A DNA stretch of 64,000 bases from IMG/VR virus record IMGVR_UViG_3300019850_000189, positions 1 through 64,000 of that record; one strand, 5' to 3'. The notes under the pieces are model-generated. The model was given only the letters and a program-made list of their open reading frames with translations, was not told the DNA's origin and did no database searches. Of this stretch, positions 28,862 to 37,631 are shown piece by piece (within the stretch, counting starts at the first letter, position 1; each line of letters opens with the position of its first letter). A program made the position numbers and the translations under genes. This DNA is from a virus.

Positions 28862-29536
28862 CTAATATATATGTTTTAGTATAGCATCACACACTGCAAG
28901 TTCAAATTCGGAGTCGATTTCAAAACACTCTTCTGGTTTCAAGATATATGGAATAACATTTTCACCGATTCTATTCATATTCTTAATGAATGTGTTGCAT
29001 TTTGTGATGTAAATGGATCCAAGTTCGTAGTACATTCCGGAGTTATATTCCTGACTGCGGGGCCTATTGGCGGGATCATAATTAGGCTTTCCATCTTTCC
29101 ATATAAATCTATCAACCTTGCCGACAGTTAATAAACTATCTGATTTTGTTTCTTTGAATAATTGGTAAGCCTCGTCTATTGTACCAGGCAATCTTACTGG
29201 AGATGTAGGTTGCAGTATTATAACATTATTGCATTTATTCTTCATTAACAAATCTGCCACAAATGGCTCTAGTTGTGCTTTATCTGTTGCGTGCTCTGTT
29301 TTTCTTGGCACTATAAATGTTTTCTTAAAGTCAAAAAGACTTATAAGACCCTCAAATATTTTTATATACTCGTAGTTTTCTGTAGATACTAGCACTTTCG
29401 TGATACATTTTGCCTCTTCGGCCGCTTTCATAGTCCAATAAATAAGCGGTTGACCTGATACGTCGCGGATATTTTTGTTCTTAATTCGACGGCTACCGCT
29501 GCGCGCCGGAATAATAGCTATATTTATAAATGACAT
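28862..29536 (-). CDS. neuA: Acylneuraminate (CMP-sialic acid-type) cytidylyltransferase
   Basis: IIPARSGSRRIKNKNI, PLIYWT, LQPTSPVR, GSIYI, EIDS. Confidence 0.88.
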   Translation of the reverse strand: MSFINIAIIPARSGSRRIKNKNIRDVSGQPLIYWTMKAAEEAKCITKVLVSTENYEYIKIFEGLISLFDFKKTFIVPRKTEHATDKAQLEPFVADLLMKNKCNNVIILQPTSPVRLPGTIDEAYQLFKETKSDSLLTVGKVDRFIWKDGKPNYDPANRPRSQEYNSGMYYELGSIYITKCNTFIKNMNRIGENVIPYILKPEECFEIDSEFELAVCDAILKHIY

Positions 29537-30192
29537 TTGTTATATTTCCTAAGGTTTTCTTTTGCCCACAAAGGTTGTAAATTGCACAGTGCCCAGCATT
29601 GCTTGAATTCTCTATCCTCTGGCTTCTCAAATTGCCACAAAGACATCGGAATTATATGATCTATGTGCCATCGGCCATAGTTATCCCAAGACATCCCAGG
29701 TTGGAACAAAGCCTCCAAGTGCACTTTAAGTTGTTTAAGAGTATAGCCAACGAGCAATTCCCAGTGCTGGCCGTTTTTGTTGCCTTTAACAGAAATGTAG
29801 ATAAGACATCTAATATTGCTATTTAACCTGAACATTGGACTATCGGTTTTCTTCTTTGCAATCCAATCGGCAGTATACGTGGGATTTTTAATACGCCACT
29901 GTTTTCGCATATATGATATTTTGTTCGGATTGTTTTTTCTATATTCCTTGCCTTGTTTTAATAAATAACTGCGATTTTTAATATATCGTTGTTGGTAATA
30001 TATTTTGTTGGCGGCATACCTACTTTTTTGTTTCTGTTTAATTACATCAGCGTTAATTATATAATGTTGGTTTTCATATTTTTTTTTGCAGGTTTTGCAT
30101 TGAGCTATTCTTGTGCCACGATTTTTATTTGACCAGTAAAAATCAGTAATAGCTTTTTCTAATCCGCATGTTGAGCAATGTTTCGTATTCAT
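29524..30192 (-). CDS. HNH endonuclease (free-standing)
   Basis: KHCSTCG/CKTC Zn finger; WHIDHIIP...NLQPLWAKENLRK. Confidence 0.85.
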   Translation of the reverse strand: MNTKHCSTCGLEKAITDFYWSNKNRGTRIAQCKTCKKKYENQHYIINADVIKQKQKSRYAANKIYYQQRYIKNRSYLLKQGKEYRKNNPNKISYMRKQWRIKNPTYTADWIAKKKTDSPMFRLNSNIRCLIYISVKGNKNGQHWELLVGYTLKQLKVHLEALFQPGMSWDNYGRWHIDHIIPMSLWQFEKPEDREFKQCWALCNLQPLWAKENLRKYNKCHL

Positions 30193-30233
30193 AATATAAG
30201 TTATCTTTAGTTTAATCTAGATTTTATACAATT

Positions 30234-30653
30234 TCATAGCCAATCTATTTTTTTAAGTTCATTCAGTTCGCGAGTTTTTATATTTTTTTCACGTTCGGTA
30301 CGCATATTCACGGCCTTTTCTAGTATTTCTATAGTCAGGTCATCTAGTCGGCTTATGGCTCTGTCATCCACCAACACGTCACAGTTGACTTTTCCCATTA
30401 TTAAACTGTGAAATTTAAACCCTATCTGTTTCATGCTGTTATATGTTAAATCAAAATATTTCCAGTGTCGGGCTGTGTTTAATATTATTGTGTGGCCTAA
30501 ATCATATAGACTATTAACTATTTTAACGGCACCAGGAAGCGGCTTACATGTCTCATATTTCCCAGGACTACCTTGAGTTAAAAGGGTTCCATCTATATCA
30601 AATTCAAAAATCACATAATACCTCCAATAAGATGATGTACCTATATATGTCAC
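30234..30653 (-). CDS. HAD-like phosphatase (capsule-biosynthesis type)
   Basis: FDIDGTL, LNTAR, LIMGK...VDDRA. Confidence 0.8.
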   Translation of the reverse strand: MTYIGTSSYWRYYVIFEFDIDGTLLTQGSPGKYETCKPLPGAVKIVNSLYDLGHTIILNTARHWKYFDLTYNSMKQIGFKFHSLIMGKVNCDVLVDDRAISRLDDLTIEILEKAVNMRTEREKNIKTRELNELKKIDWL

Positions 30654-30686
30654 AAAGATAATCTAAAGGAATTATAGGAGACACTA

Positions 30687-30989
30687 TTGCAGGATGATAT
30701 AACCGGTACTCCGGAATTAGATGCTTTGGCTGGTAGATATGGAGGGGTATCCACCAAAACCCTGTGGGATAAAACCATAACTCAGGGCCCTGGGATTAAT
30801 GCTGGTCCGGCCAATAAAAGAACATATAAGTTGAGTCGAGGCACAGTTAGAAAATATTTTGATTATCTTAAAAAGCATGGCATTAGTTATAGTCGTAACT
30901 TCATCAAGAAAAAAAAGAAAAATAGAAAACCTGCCTTCATGTATTGGAAAGATAAAATAGACCCGGATAATCTTAGGATATTAAAATAA
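30687..30989 (+). CDS. Hypothetical basic protein
   Basis: 100-aa ORF, TTG start after AGGAG. Confidence 0.6.
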   Translation: MQDDITGTPELDALAGRYGGVSTKTLWDKTITQGPGINAGPANKRTYKLSRGTVRKYFDYLKKHGISYSRNFIKKKKKNRKPAFMYWKDKIDPDNLRILK

Positions 30990-31294
30990 TGGCAACAAAA
31001 AAAATTTCATTGACTAACTTCAAGGCCGGAAAAAAATACTGCAGTTTTCGTAGTTCAGAAGATGCTATTATATTTTATGTCAAGCATGTTGATGAGAACC
31101 TAATGACTGTATATATGTGTGTCATTACCACATGGCATCATAAAAATAAAAGTTATTCCGGATTTAAAATAATGCCAGACTATAAAGTACGAGCAATAGG
31201 CCGTCCAGAAAGTTGGTTCTTTGGCGAAGAGACACATCTTTGTAAAGGCAGCGAAGACTATAAGAAATTTTTTGATCTACTATTTAGATATTAA
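30989..31294 (+). CDS. Hypothetical protein
   Basis: 101-aa ORF ending KKFFDLLF. Confidence 0.65.
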   Translation: MATKKISLTNFKAGKKYCSFRSSEDAIIFYVKHVDENLMTVYMCVITTWHHKNKSYSGFKIMPDYKVRAIGRPESWFFGEETHLCKGSEDYKKFFDLLFRY

Positions 31295-31305
31295 GAGGAA
31301 ATAAA

Positions 31306-32505
31306 ATGGCTGAAACAAAATTGAATCTGAATTATCAAGTTAATACTACACAGTTTGATGATAAAGTTGGTGACGCTGTAAAAACCGGTGGAGCCGCTGA
31401 TGAAGTACAGGATAAAATAGATTTAAAATTTAATCCGTCTGGACCAACAGGGGGCCATACTCATGATGGATCAGTTGGTGATGGCCAGAAGATAGATTAT
31501 ACACATTTAACAAGTGTACCGACATCCTTTAAGCCAATCCCGCACACTCATCAATTCCTTGACATAACGGATGACATAGCGTGGTCTCAAATAGATAGTT
31601 TGATATCCGGTACAGGCTCAGCAGAAACTATAATTAGATCTGATGATGATAGATTATCTGATAGCCGGGACCCAAATCTACATAGTCACCCATTTACAGA
31701 TATTACCGGCGATATAGCTTTTACCCAATTAGACGCCATTGTTTCAACAGGCAGCGAATCAAATAGAATAATTGCCGCGGATGATACTAGGTTGGCAGAT
31801 GCTAGAACTCCTATTTCCCATGATAATACATACCACAGCGAGACTTATATAACATCTGCGGGAGTTACATACGAGAATTTGGATAACAACGGCGATGTTG
31901 GAACAACATCATCTCAGGTTTCCCGTGGTGACCACAATCATAACACTCTTTATTATGTCCAGGCTACAGTTGACGGTCTTCTATTGGGCAAAGCCAATAC
32001 TCTGCATACTCATAGTAACGGCGATATTCTTGCTGGTGCATTGGCCGATGCTGTCAGCTACATAAATCCCCAGAGAAGATATTATTCATTTTCTCCATTT
32101 GGGTTTGGTGGATGGACTATCATTGGTGATGGTACTGCCTCGGTTAATCCTAATACCGCATCAAATGGTGATTATGTCATATCATGCTCCATCATGCCGG
32201 ATGATAGTGTTATGAAAGAATTTTCTTTATATATAAACACAACCGGTGTTCATGATTTAACTATAAGTCTAATGCGCACGGATATAGTTAATGGATCAGC
32301 TGATACTGTGGCACAAATAACTCATAACAGTTCTACTGCCGGATACGAGAAACTGACCACAAGTGATTTCAGCACAGGGATGGATTTAATAGACAAGGAA
32401 GTATATCATTATTGGATTTTATTTCAAGAAGATAGCACATTTGATGTGGATATAAATATTACAGGTGGATTTATTGCTTGTGATGTTGAGAAACCAATAC
32501 CATAA
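31306..32505 (+). CDS. Virion structural/tail-fibre-like protein
   Basis: Repeated HxH motifs (GHTHDG, PHTHQFLDI, HSHPFTDI, HNHN, HTHS) typical of trimeric fibres; beta-rich C-terminus. Confidence 0.6.
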   Translation: MAETKLNLNYQVNTTQFDDKVGDAVKTGGAADEVQDKIDLKFNPSGPTGGHTHDGSVGDGQKIDYTHLTSVPTSFKPIPHTHQFLDITDDIAWSQIDSLISGTGSAETIIRSDDDRLSDSRDPNLHSHPFTDITGDIAFTQLDAIVSTGSESNRIIAADDTRLADARTPISHDNTYHSETYITSAGVTYENLDNNGDVGTTSSQVSRGDHNHNTLYYVQATVDGLLLGKANTLHTHSNGDILAGALADAVSYINPQRRYYSFSPFGFGGWTIIGDGTASVNPNTASNGDYVISCSIMPDDSVMKEFSLYINTTGVHDLTISLMRTDIVNGSADTVAQITHNSSTAGYEKLTTSDFSTGMDLIDKEVYHYWILFQEDSTFDVDINITGGFIACDVEKPIP

Positions 32506-32562
32506 TATTTGTTTCCATATTTGCAAAGCTTTCACAAAGATAATAACAGATAGGGGGGTATT

Positions 32563-32742
32563 ATGCCCGTACAAAGCCATGGTGCTGAACAAATGATGCA
32601 ATACCAAAAGTTGGTTGATAAGATATTAAAGAACGAAACGGCCGATGAAGCTAATAAAGTCCGCATAGCAAAAAAGAATAAAATAAAAATAGGAGCTCCG
32701 GAACTTCCGCGAGCCGGAACCAGAGAGCCTAGGACTAAATAG
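32563..32742 (+). CDS. 59-aa hypothetical protein (not in ORF track)
   Basis: GGGGG RBS; MPVQSHGAEQMMQYQKLVDKIL... Confidence 0.55.
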   Translation: MPVQSHGAEQMMQYQKLVDKILKNETADEANKVRIAKKNKIKIGAPELPRAGTREPRTK

Positions 32743-32751
32743 GAGAATCAA

Positions 32752-33057
32752 ATGAACGTCAATTATTATGATGAAATTAATAAAAAATTGTCACATAATG
32801 ACTTTGAGTCATATACGACATCTGAGAGTTTAAAGCAAAAAAATAAAGATACAGTGGAGCTCGTTAAAGAGGCCTTTATTGAAGAGCTCAAAAAGCGAAA
32901 TTTAAGCTACAATAAGGAAGTAGTTGATATCTATCCAACTTGTATAAAAGTTGAGAAAGAAACTCTTGAATACCCTTATTATAGAGAAGCGGTTGATACG
33001 ACCAGAACCAGAATCAAAAAAGATTATGGTATTGATTTAGGACTTTATTCATTCTAA
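32752..33057 (+). CDS. Hypothetical protein
   Basis: 101-aa ORF with AGGAG RBS. Confidence 0.65.
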   Translation: MNVNYYDEINKKLSHNDFESYTTSESLKQKNKDTVELVKEAFIEELKKRNLSYNKEVVDIYPTCIKVEKETLEYPYYREAVDTTRTRIKKDYGIDLGLYSF

Positions 33058-33068
33058 GGAAAAAATGT

Positions 33069-33959
33069 ATGCTATCAGAACAAGGAAAAGGAGAAGGCGC
33101 CATTGGAAAAATACCATTTGTGCGCACGTTAGCTGGAGCCGGAAAAATTGCAGGTCAAACACTTGGTCTGCCACTTGCAGGGTTTGTTTCAGCGAGCAAT
33201 GAAAAAGGAGAAAAAAGTCTATTTAAGCAACTTGGAGCTCAGAGCGGCAAATTATTTAGGACTGGCGCAAAGGCTGTGAAAGTTGCTTATGCTTATGCGG
33301 TAGCTCCAAAGCATGTTAGAAATGCCATTAAAAAATTGTGGAGGGCATGGCCCAATTTAAAAATAAGATTGATGAATATATGGGTATTGATATATCCCGA
33401 TATGCATAATCCAAATACATATAGTGTAGTTTATTACGCTCCGGATGGTTCAAAGCTTGTCCAGACTTCAGTTAGCAAAGAAGAGGCCGAAGAAATGAAA
33501 GTCCAACCGGAAACCGCGGGAGCCAAGGCTATAAGAAAGATAGAAGGCGGAAACAAAGCTAAAAAAAAGATAGTAGGCAACAAAGCTAAAAAAAAGATAG
33601 TAGGCAACAAGGCTATAAAAAAGATAGAAGGCGGTAACAAAGCTAAAACAGAAGCAGAAGATATTAAAATCGAAATTCGTTCAATGGGTATGGAATATGA
33701 TCAATTAGATATGATAGAAGAAGAAATAATGAATGAAGCCCTTGGTCTTCCTCCAGCAGCAGCACTTCTGGCTCGATGGAAATATGGTAAGTCAGCTACA
33801 TTGGTAAGATATAGAATTTGGATCCTACAATTTTTTGATAGTGCCCGTAATAAAACTTTTATAAGTATTTATGATGCGTTGCCACAGAAGCTGGAACCGG
33901 GTGAAGAACTTAATCCAATTCACAAATTCGCATATCAGGGCAAGCAGGAAATGATTTAA
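33069..33959 (+). CDS. Hypothetical protein with GNKAKKKI repeats
   Basis: 296-aa ORF with four lysine-rich internal repeats. Confidence 0.7.
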   Translation: MLSEQGKGEGAIGKIPFVRTLAGAGKIAGQTLGLPLAGFVSASNEKGEKSLFKQLGAQSGKLFRTGAKAVKVAYAYAVAPKHVRNAIKKLWRAWPNLKIRLMNIWVLIYPDMHNPNTYSVVYYAPDGSKLVQTSVSKEEAEEMKVQPETAGAKAIRKIEGGNKAKKKIVGNKAKKKIVGNKAIKKIEGGNKAKTEAEDIKIEIRSMGMEYDQLDMIEEEIMNEALGLPPAAALLARWKYGKSATLVRYRIWILQFFDSARNKTFISIYDALPQKLEPGEELNPIHKFAYQGKQEMI

Positions 33960-34168
33960 TGAAATTATACAAGGTTTTGAACGAATTAATTGGAGCACCA
34001 ATTGGATTTTATTCCCTCCCATATAGACAACTATCTGGAAGTGAGGGTTATTATGGAAGCGTGAATGCGCCATTTATGCCTCCGCATACAACAGCTAATT
34101 TGGCATATAAAGCAGCTAAATACAAAAAGAAAAATAAAAAGAAAACGGAAAGAAAAAATGAAACTTGA
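33959..34168 (+). CDS. Small basic protein
   Basis: MKLYKVLNEL start, lysine-rich tail. Confidence 0.65.
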   Translation: MKLYKVLNELIGAPIGFYSLPYRQLSGSEGYYGSVNAPFMPPHTTANLAYKAAKYKKKNKKKTERKNET

Positions 34169-34328
34169 ACAAGTAATAAAAGAATCAGATTGTAGTACTG
34201 GTTCTACAGATGTTAAAGGAATCCCACAAAGGATGATGCCAATAGTTCGTAGAAAACTTCCCGTCAAGCCCACTAATATAGTTGTTTATGCGAAGAAGAA
34301 AAAGAAGAAAAAAAAGAGAACAATTTAA
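34158..34328 (+). CDS. 56-aa basic protein resembling the major capsid N-arm
   Basis: MKLEQVIKESDCSTGSTDVKGIPQRMMPIVRRKLP...KKKKKKKKRTI; start taken at 34158. Confidence 0.6.
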   Translation: MKLEQVIKESDCSTGSTDVKGIPQRMMPIVRRKLPVKPTNIVVYAKKKKKKKKRTI

Positions 34329-34351
34329 GTGCCAGAATGCTGGAGAAATAA

Positions 34352-34681
34352 ATGAATTTAAAAAAAATTATATCAGAAGTTGATTTTACAGATCCATTTG
34401 CCGGAAATATAGATCGAAACAAAAAAATGGATAGAGAGGGCCTAATTAGAGCAATTAGAATGGATATCGCCGCCGAACACGATGCGGTCGCTCTATATAC
34501 GGCACACGCTCTCGCGACAGATAATGAAACAGCTAAATTAATTTTGTTGGATATAGCAAATGAAGAGCGTGTTCATGCTGGTGAGTTTATGAAGCTTCTG
34601 GATATTTTGACGGATGGCCAAGAGAGCGAACTGCTTTCAAAGGGAGAGCAGGAAGTAAGAAATAAAACTACTGAGGAATAA
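34352..34681 (+). CDS. Ferritin-like/rubrerythrin-type protein (encapsulin-cargo-like family)
   Basis: RAIRMDIAAEHDAVALY...DIANEERVHAGEF di-iron E..ExxH pattern. Confidence 0.85.
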   Translation: MNLKKIISEVDFTDPFAGNIDRNKKMDREGLIRAIRMDIAAEHDAVALYTAHALATDNETAKLILLDIANEERVHAGEFMKLLDILTDGQESELLSKGEQEVRNKTTEE

Positions 34682-34682
34682 C

Positions 34683-35090
34683 ATGGAATTATTACGTCTT
34701 TTATCACAGTTAGAAGAACAAATTGCTGGCACGAGTGCGATGGGCGGCCCAGCCAAGAAAACAGAGTTCATGCCTCTGACCAACATTTCAGATTCTATTA
34801 AAAGGCACAAAAAGAAAAAGAAGAAGATATCACATTATATATCACTAAAGCAATCTGATGTTGTGTTGGGCGACGCAGAACGTAAAAACGAAGGCATATC
34901 AGTCGGCCGAGATAAATTCGCTAATGTCAGAAGTAAAGGCAATGAGGAATACACACCCGGAACAAAATCTAAAGCGAAAAATAAACCAAATGAAATAAGT
35001 GGTAGAGAAAGAAAAAAAACAAAAAGAACTAAACTCAATTATTCTGATTTTGATTTCGGAACAGTTGGAATGTTTAACAAATATGTTTAA
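34683..35090 (+). CDS. Hypothetical basic protein
   Basis: 135-aa K-rich ORF. Confidence 0.7.
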   Translation: MELLRLLSQLEEQIAGTSAMGGPAKKTEFMPLTNISDSIKRHKKKKKKISHYISLKQSDVVLGDAERKNEGISVGRDKFANVRSKGNEEYTPGTKSKAKNKPNEISGRERKKTKRTKLNYSDFDFGTVGMFNKYV

Positions 35091-35099
35091 GAGAGATAT

Positions 35100-36176
35100 A
35101 TGGCAAATCCATATAATAGACCAGACGATGAGCTCCTTGATAGTTTTCATCGTGAGAACCCAGATTTTGATTTAATGAATGCCGTCAATGATGAATTGCA
35201 TAATATATCTGCGGCGCCATGTCGGGTTTATAAGTTGGATGTATCACAGAGTAAAGAAGATCCAGATAATATATATCCAGAGTTGATATATAGGACCTAT
35301 CTGCCTCCTATTGTGGTTAAAATGTATTATGTTGAGCCAACATGGACAGAGGAGTTAAATCGGCTGGGCATTAATATGCCAGAGGAAATAGTGCTTTCTA
35401 CTAACCTGCAAAGATTGATTGAAAGTATGAGATACGCAAAAACAGTCTCTTCAAAGGCAAGTGCTTCAATCAATATCAGTTATACATTTAATGAACAATC
35501 AGGTTATCCTTTCTCCACTTATGAGGATCCGGCAAATGAATTGACTGCTGTAAATATTTATCATGATGGTAATGGCAGACTTTATTCTAAACTGGTTTTT
35601 TCAGATGGCAATGAAATATGTGATCCAAATTTCGAACTGAATTATGAGGATAAGTGTGGTATTATAGATCTGGCCCATCCTGCGGTATCGACGGTAGAAA
35701 AGCTGGTGGATTTTGTAGACGGCCTCCCAAATTATTCAGCAGATCTCGAATCCGGCTCATTGGATATTCTATCTTCTAAGATGATTCCTTTCGCAAATTG
35801 GATAAATATAAAAGATTACATATACCAGGTGCCGGTAGACCGAACAGGTGGCGTCTATGATAATGTAGCTGATGTTCTGGAGCCTGGAGACATAATTGAA
35901 ACTGTAAGAAGACACGAAGCCACACGGCAAGGGACCGAACCCATTCACGGGTTGGATGGATCACCCACTTTGGACCCGGTTACTTTAGCACCTGTAAGAG
36001 GTAAAATATACGAAGTAAGATATTCTTTCGTAAGCAATGAAACACCCAGCTGGCATTATATTAATTTTAATATCACGGCAGACAAAATACCAATGGATAG
36101 CTATGATCAGGTCTTGAAGGGCTTGCCGGCAGATGAGGTTTGGACTCCTGGGCCAGGTGGTAGATGGTATGCTTAA
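35100..36176 (+). CDS. Neck protein (T4 gp14-like) with insertion
   Basis: LMNAVNDELHNI...VYKL, LNRLGINMPEEI, PGDII, YEV pattern; position upstream of tail genes. Confidence 0.6.
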   Translation: MANPYNRPDDELLDSFHRENPDFDLMNAVNDELHNISAAPCRVYKLDVSQSKEDPDNIYPELIYRTYLPPIVVKMYYVEPTWTEELNRLGINMPEEIVLSTNLQRLIESMRYAKTVSSKASASINISYTFNEQSGYPFSTYEDPANELTAVNIYHDGNGRLYSKLVFSDGNEICDPNFELNYEDKCGIIDLAHPAVSTVEKLVDFVDGLPNYSADLESGSLDILSSKMIPFANWINIKDYIYQVPVDRTGGVYDNVADVLEPGDIIETVRRHEATRQGTEPIHGLDGSPTLDPVTLAPVRGKIYEVRYSFVSNETPSWHYINFNITADKIPMDSYDQVLKGLPADEVWTPGPGGRWYA

Positions 36177-36393
36177 CAAATATGAGATATACATGCGTGA
36201 TTATGGGCCTGGCGCAACAGGGCATGTTTATGAGATAAATATATATAGGGCGAAACCCAAAAAGCTTTTGTTTTCATATCGTTCGCGGTTCGCGCCTCAT
36301 CACTCAGAAAAAAGAACGCGCTCGATTACACGCATGGTATATAGAATTATAGATTTAAGAATAAAAAGGCATATTTTGAATCACTTATTGTAA
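36169..36393 (+). CDS. Hypothetical protein
   Basis: Start reassigned to MLNKY, overlapping the upstream stop. Confidence 0.55.
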   Translation: MLNKYEIYMRDYGPGATGHVYEINIYRAKPKKLLFSYRSRFAPHHSEKRTRSITRMVYRIIDLRIKRHILNHLL

Positions 36394-36405
36394 TAGGAGT
36401 TTGAT

Positions 36406-36699
36406 ATGGCTAGTTTGAGAGAGTTATTGAACGATATTTTAGTTGAAGGTTGGGCAGGAGCTCGTGGCGTTCCTGATGGATCAGGTCCGGGGCCCGGTAT
36501 GACAGCTAAAGGCCGGCAACAGGGTATGGCAAATGGAATCAATAAAGATGCCGTCCACTCAGCGGCCGCCAGGGCAGCAAAAACAATTTTTGGCAAGGTT
36601 AATGAAAAAGAACTCAAGAAGACTGTAGCTGCTGCTATTAAGAAAGCCAAAGACACAAAACAGGCTATTCAAATAGCTACCGACATGATGAGGGGTTAA
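36406..36699 (+). CDS. Hypothetical A/K/G-rich protein
   Basis: AGGAG RBS; MASLRELLNDILVE. Confidence 0.7.
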   Translation: MASLRELLNDILVEGWAGARGVPDGSGPGPGMTAKGRQQGMANGINKDAVHSAAARAAKTIFGKVNEKELKKTVAAAIKKAKDTKQAIQIATDMMRG

Positions 36700-36700
36700 G

Positions 36701-37000
36701 ATGAAACTTTTGGAATTATTAAAACAAGAATTACACACGCCTACAATTCCAATAGTAGATCTGAAAAATCTCAACAATAATATCGATGATTATCTTAAAT
36801 ACGCAGATGATCTTTCGGATAAGCAGCGGGAAACTTTTATTCGCACCATGGTTAGAACAATGCAGTCTATTTCCAGAAAACTTTCGGCCAATAATAAGTA
36901 TGAGGGCTTCGTAAGGAGAATGTTTGATAAAGATAATTTAGACGATAATTTGAAGAAATTAAAATCATATAATAATAAGCTCATAAAGGAAAAACAATAA
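36701..37000 (+). CDS. Hypothetical protein
   Basis: MKLLELLKQE start. Confidence 0.65.
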   Translation: MKLLELLKQELHTPTIPIVDLKNLNNNIDDYLKYADDLSDKQRETFIRTMVRTMQSISRKLSANNKYEGFVRRMFDKDNLDDNLKKLKSYNNKLIKEKQ

Positions 37001-37019
37001 ATACAATGAGAGGGTAGGC

Positions 37020-37340
37020 ATGAGAACCATTAAACAGAGGCTCATAGAACAAGATCTTAAGCAGGGGAAAACTATCATCAATAAAGGCAATAATGATAAG
37101 TATGTAGAAGCAATATTTTACGTCTCTCAAAAAGGCGGAAGTGGTTACGATAAAAAGGCCTTAATCAGTCAAGAGAGTGCCTTAGCTAAAGAATATAAAT
37201 TTAGAATAGATAAAGACAAGCTTGGTAATGTTATTGATCATATCCGTAGTCTGCCTGGAGTTACCATGCAAACTAAGAATCAATCAGAAATGGGGCAAGG
37301 CACAGGAAAAGAAACACATAGTTTTCCGGAAATTAAATAA
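37020..37340 (+). CDS. Hypothetical protein
   Basis: 106-aa ORF. Confidence 0.65.
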   Translation: MRTIKQRLIEQDLKQGKTIINKGNNDKYVEAIFYVSQKGGSGYDKKALISQESALAKEYKFRIDKDKLGNVIDHIRSLPGVTMQTKNQSEMGQGTGKETHSFPEIK

Positions 37341-37630
37341 TGGCAAAGTCAGAATTAAAGTTCAATGAATTAATTAAAAAGGTTGAGAATGATATAGAGC
37401 AGATCAAAGCTGCAATTGTCCAAAGAGCCTCTGACGAAATTAAATCAACGTTTCAGGAAAGCAATGTTAATATCGAGCCGGCACCTTCTGGAGCTAACAT
37501 ATCAGTCAATAATGAAGATCATGAGTTTTTAAAAAAAGAATTCGGAGCGGATAAATACAAGCCGGCCAATAAGTCGATCAGGATCAAAAGAGGAATAGGA
37601 AAGAAAATAAAGAGGTGGATGGGGCAATAA
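37340..37630 (+). CDS. Hypothetical protein
   Basis: 96-aa ORF. Confidence 0.65.
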   Translation: MAKSELKFNELIKKVENDIEQIKAAIVQRASDEIKSTFQESNVNIEPAPSGANISVNNEDHEFLKKEFGADKYKPANKSIRIKRGIGKKIKRWMGQ

Positions 37631-37631
37631 A

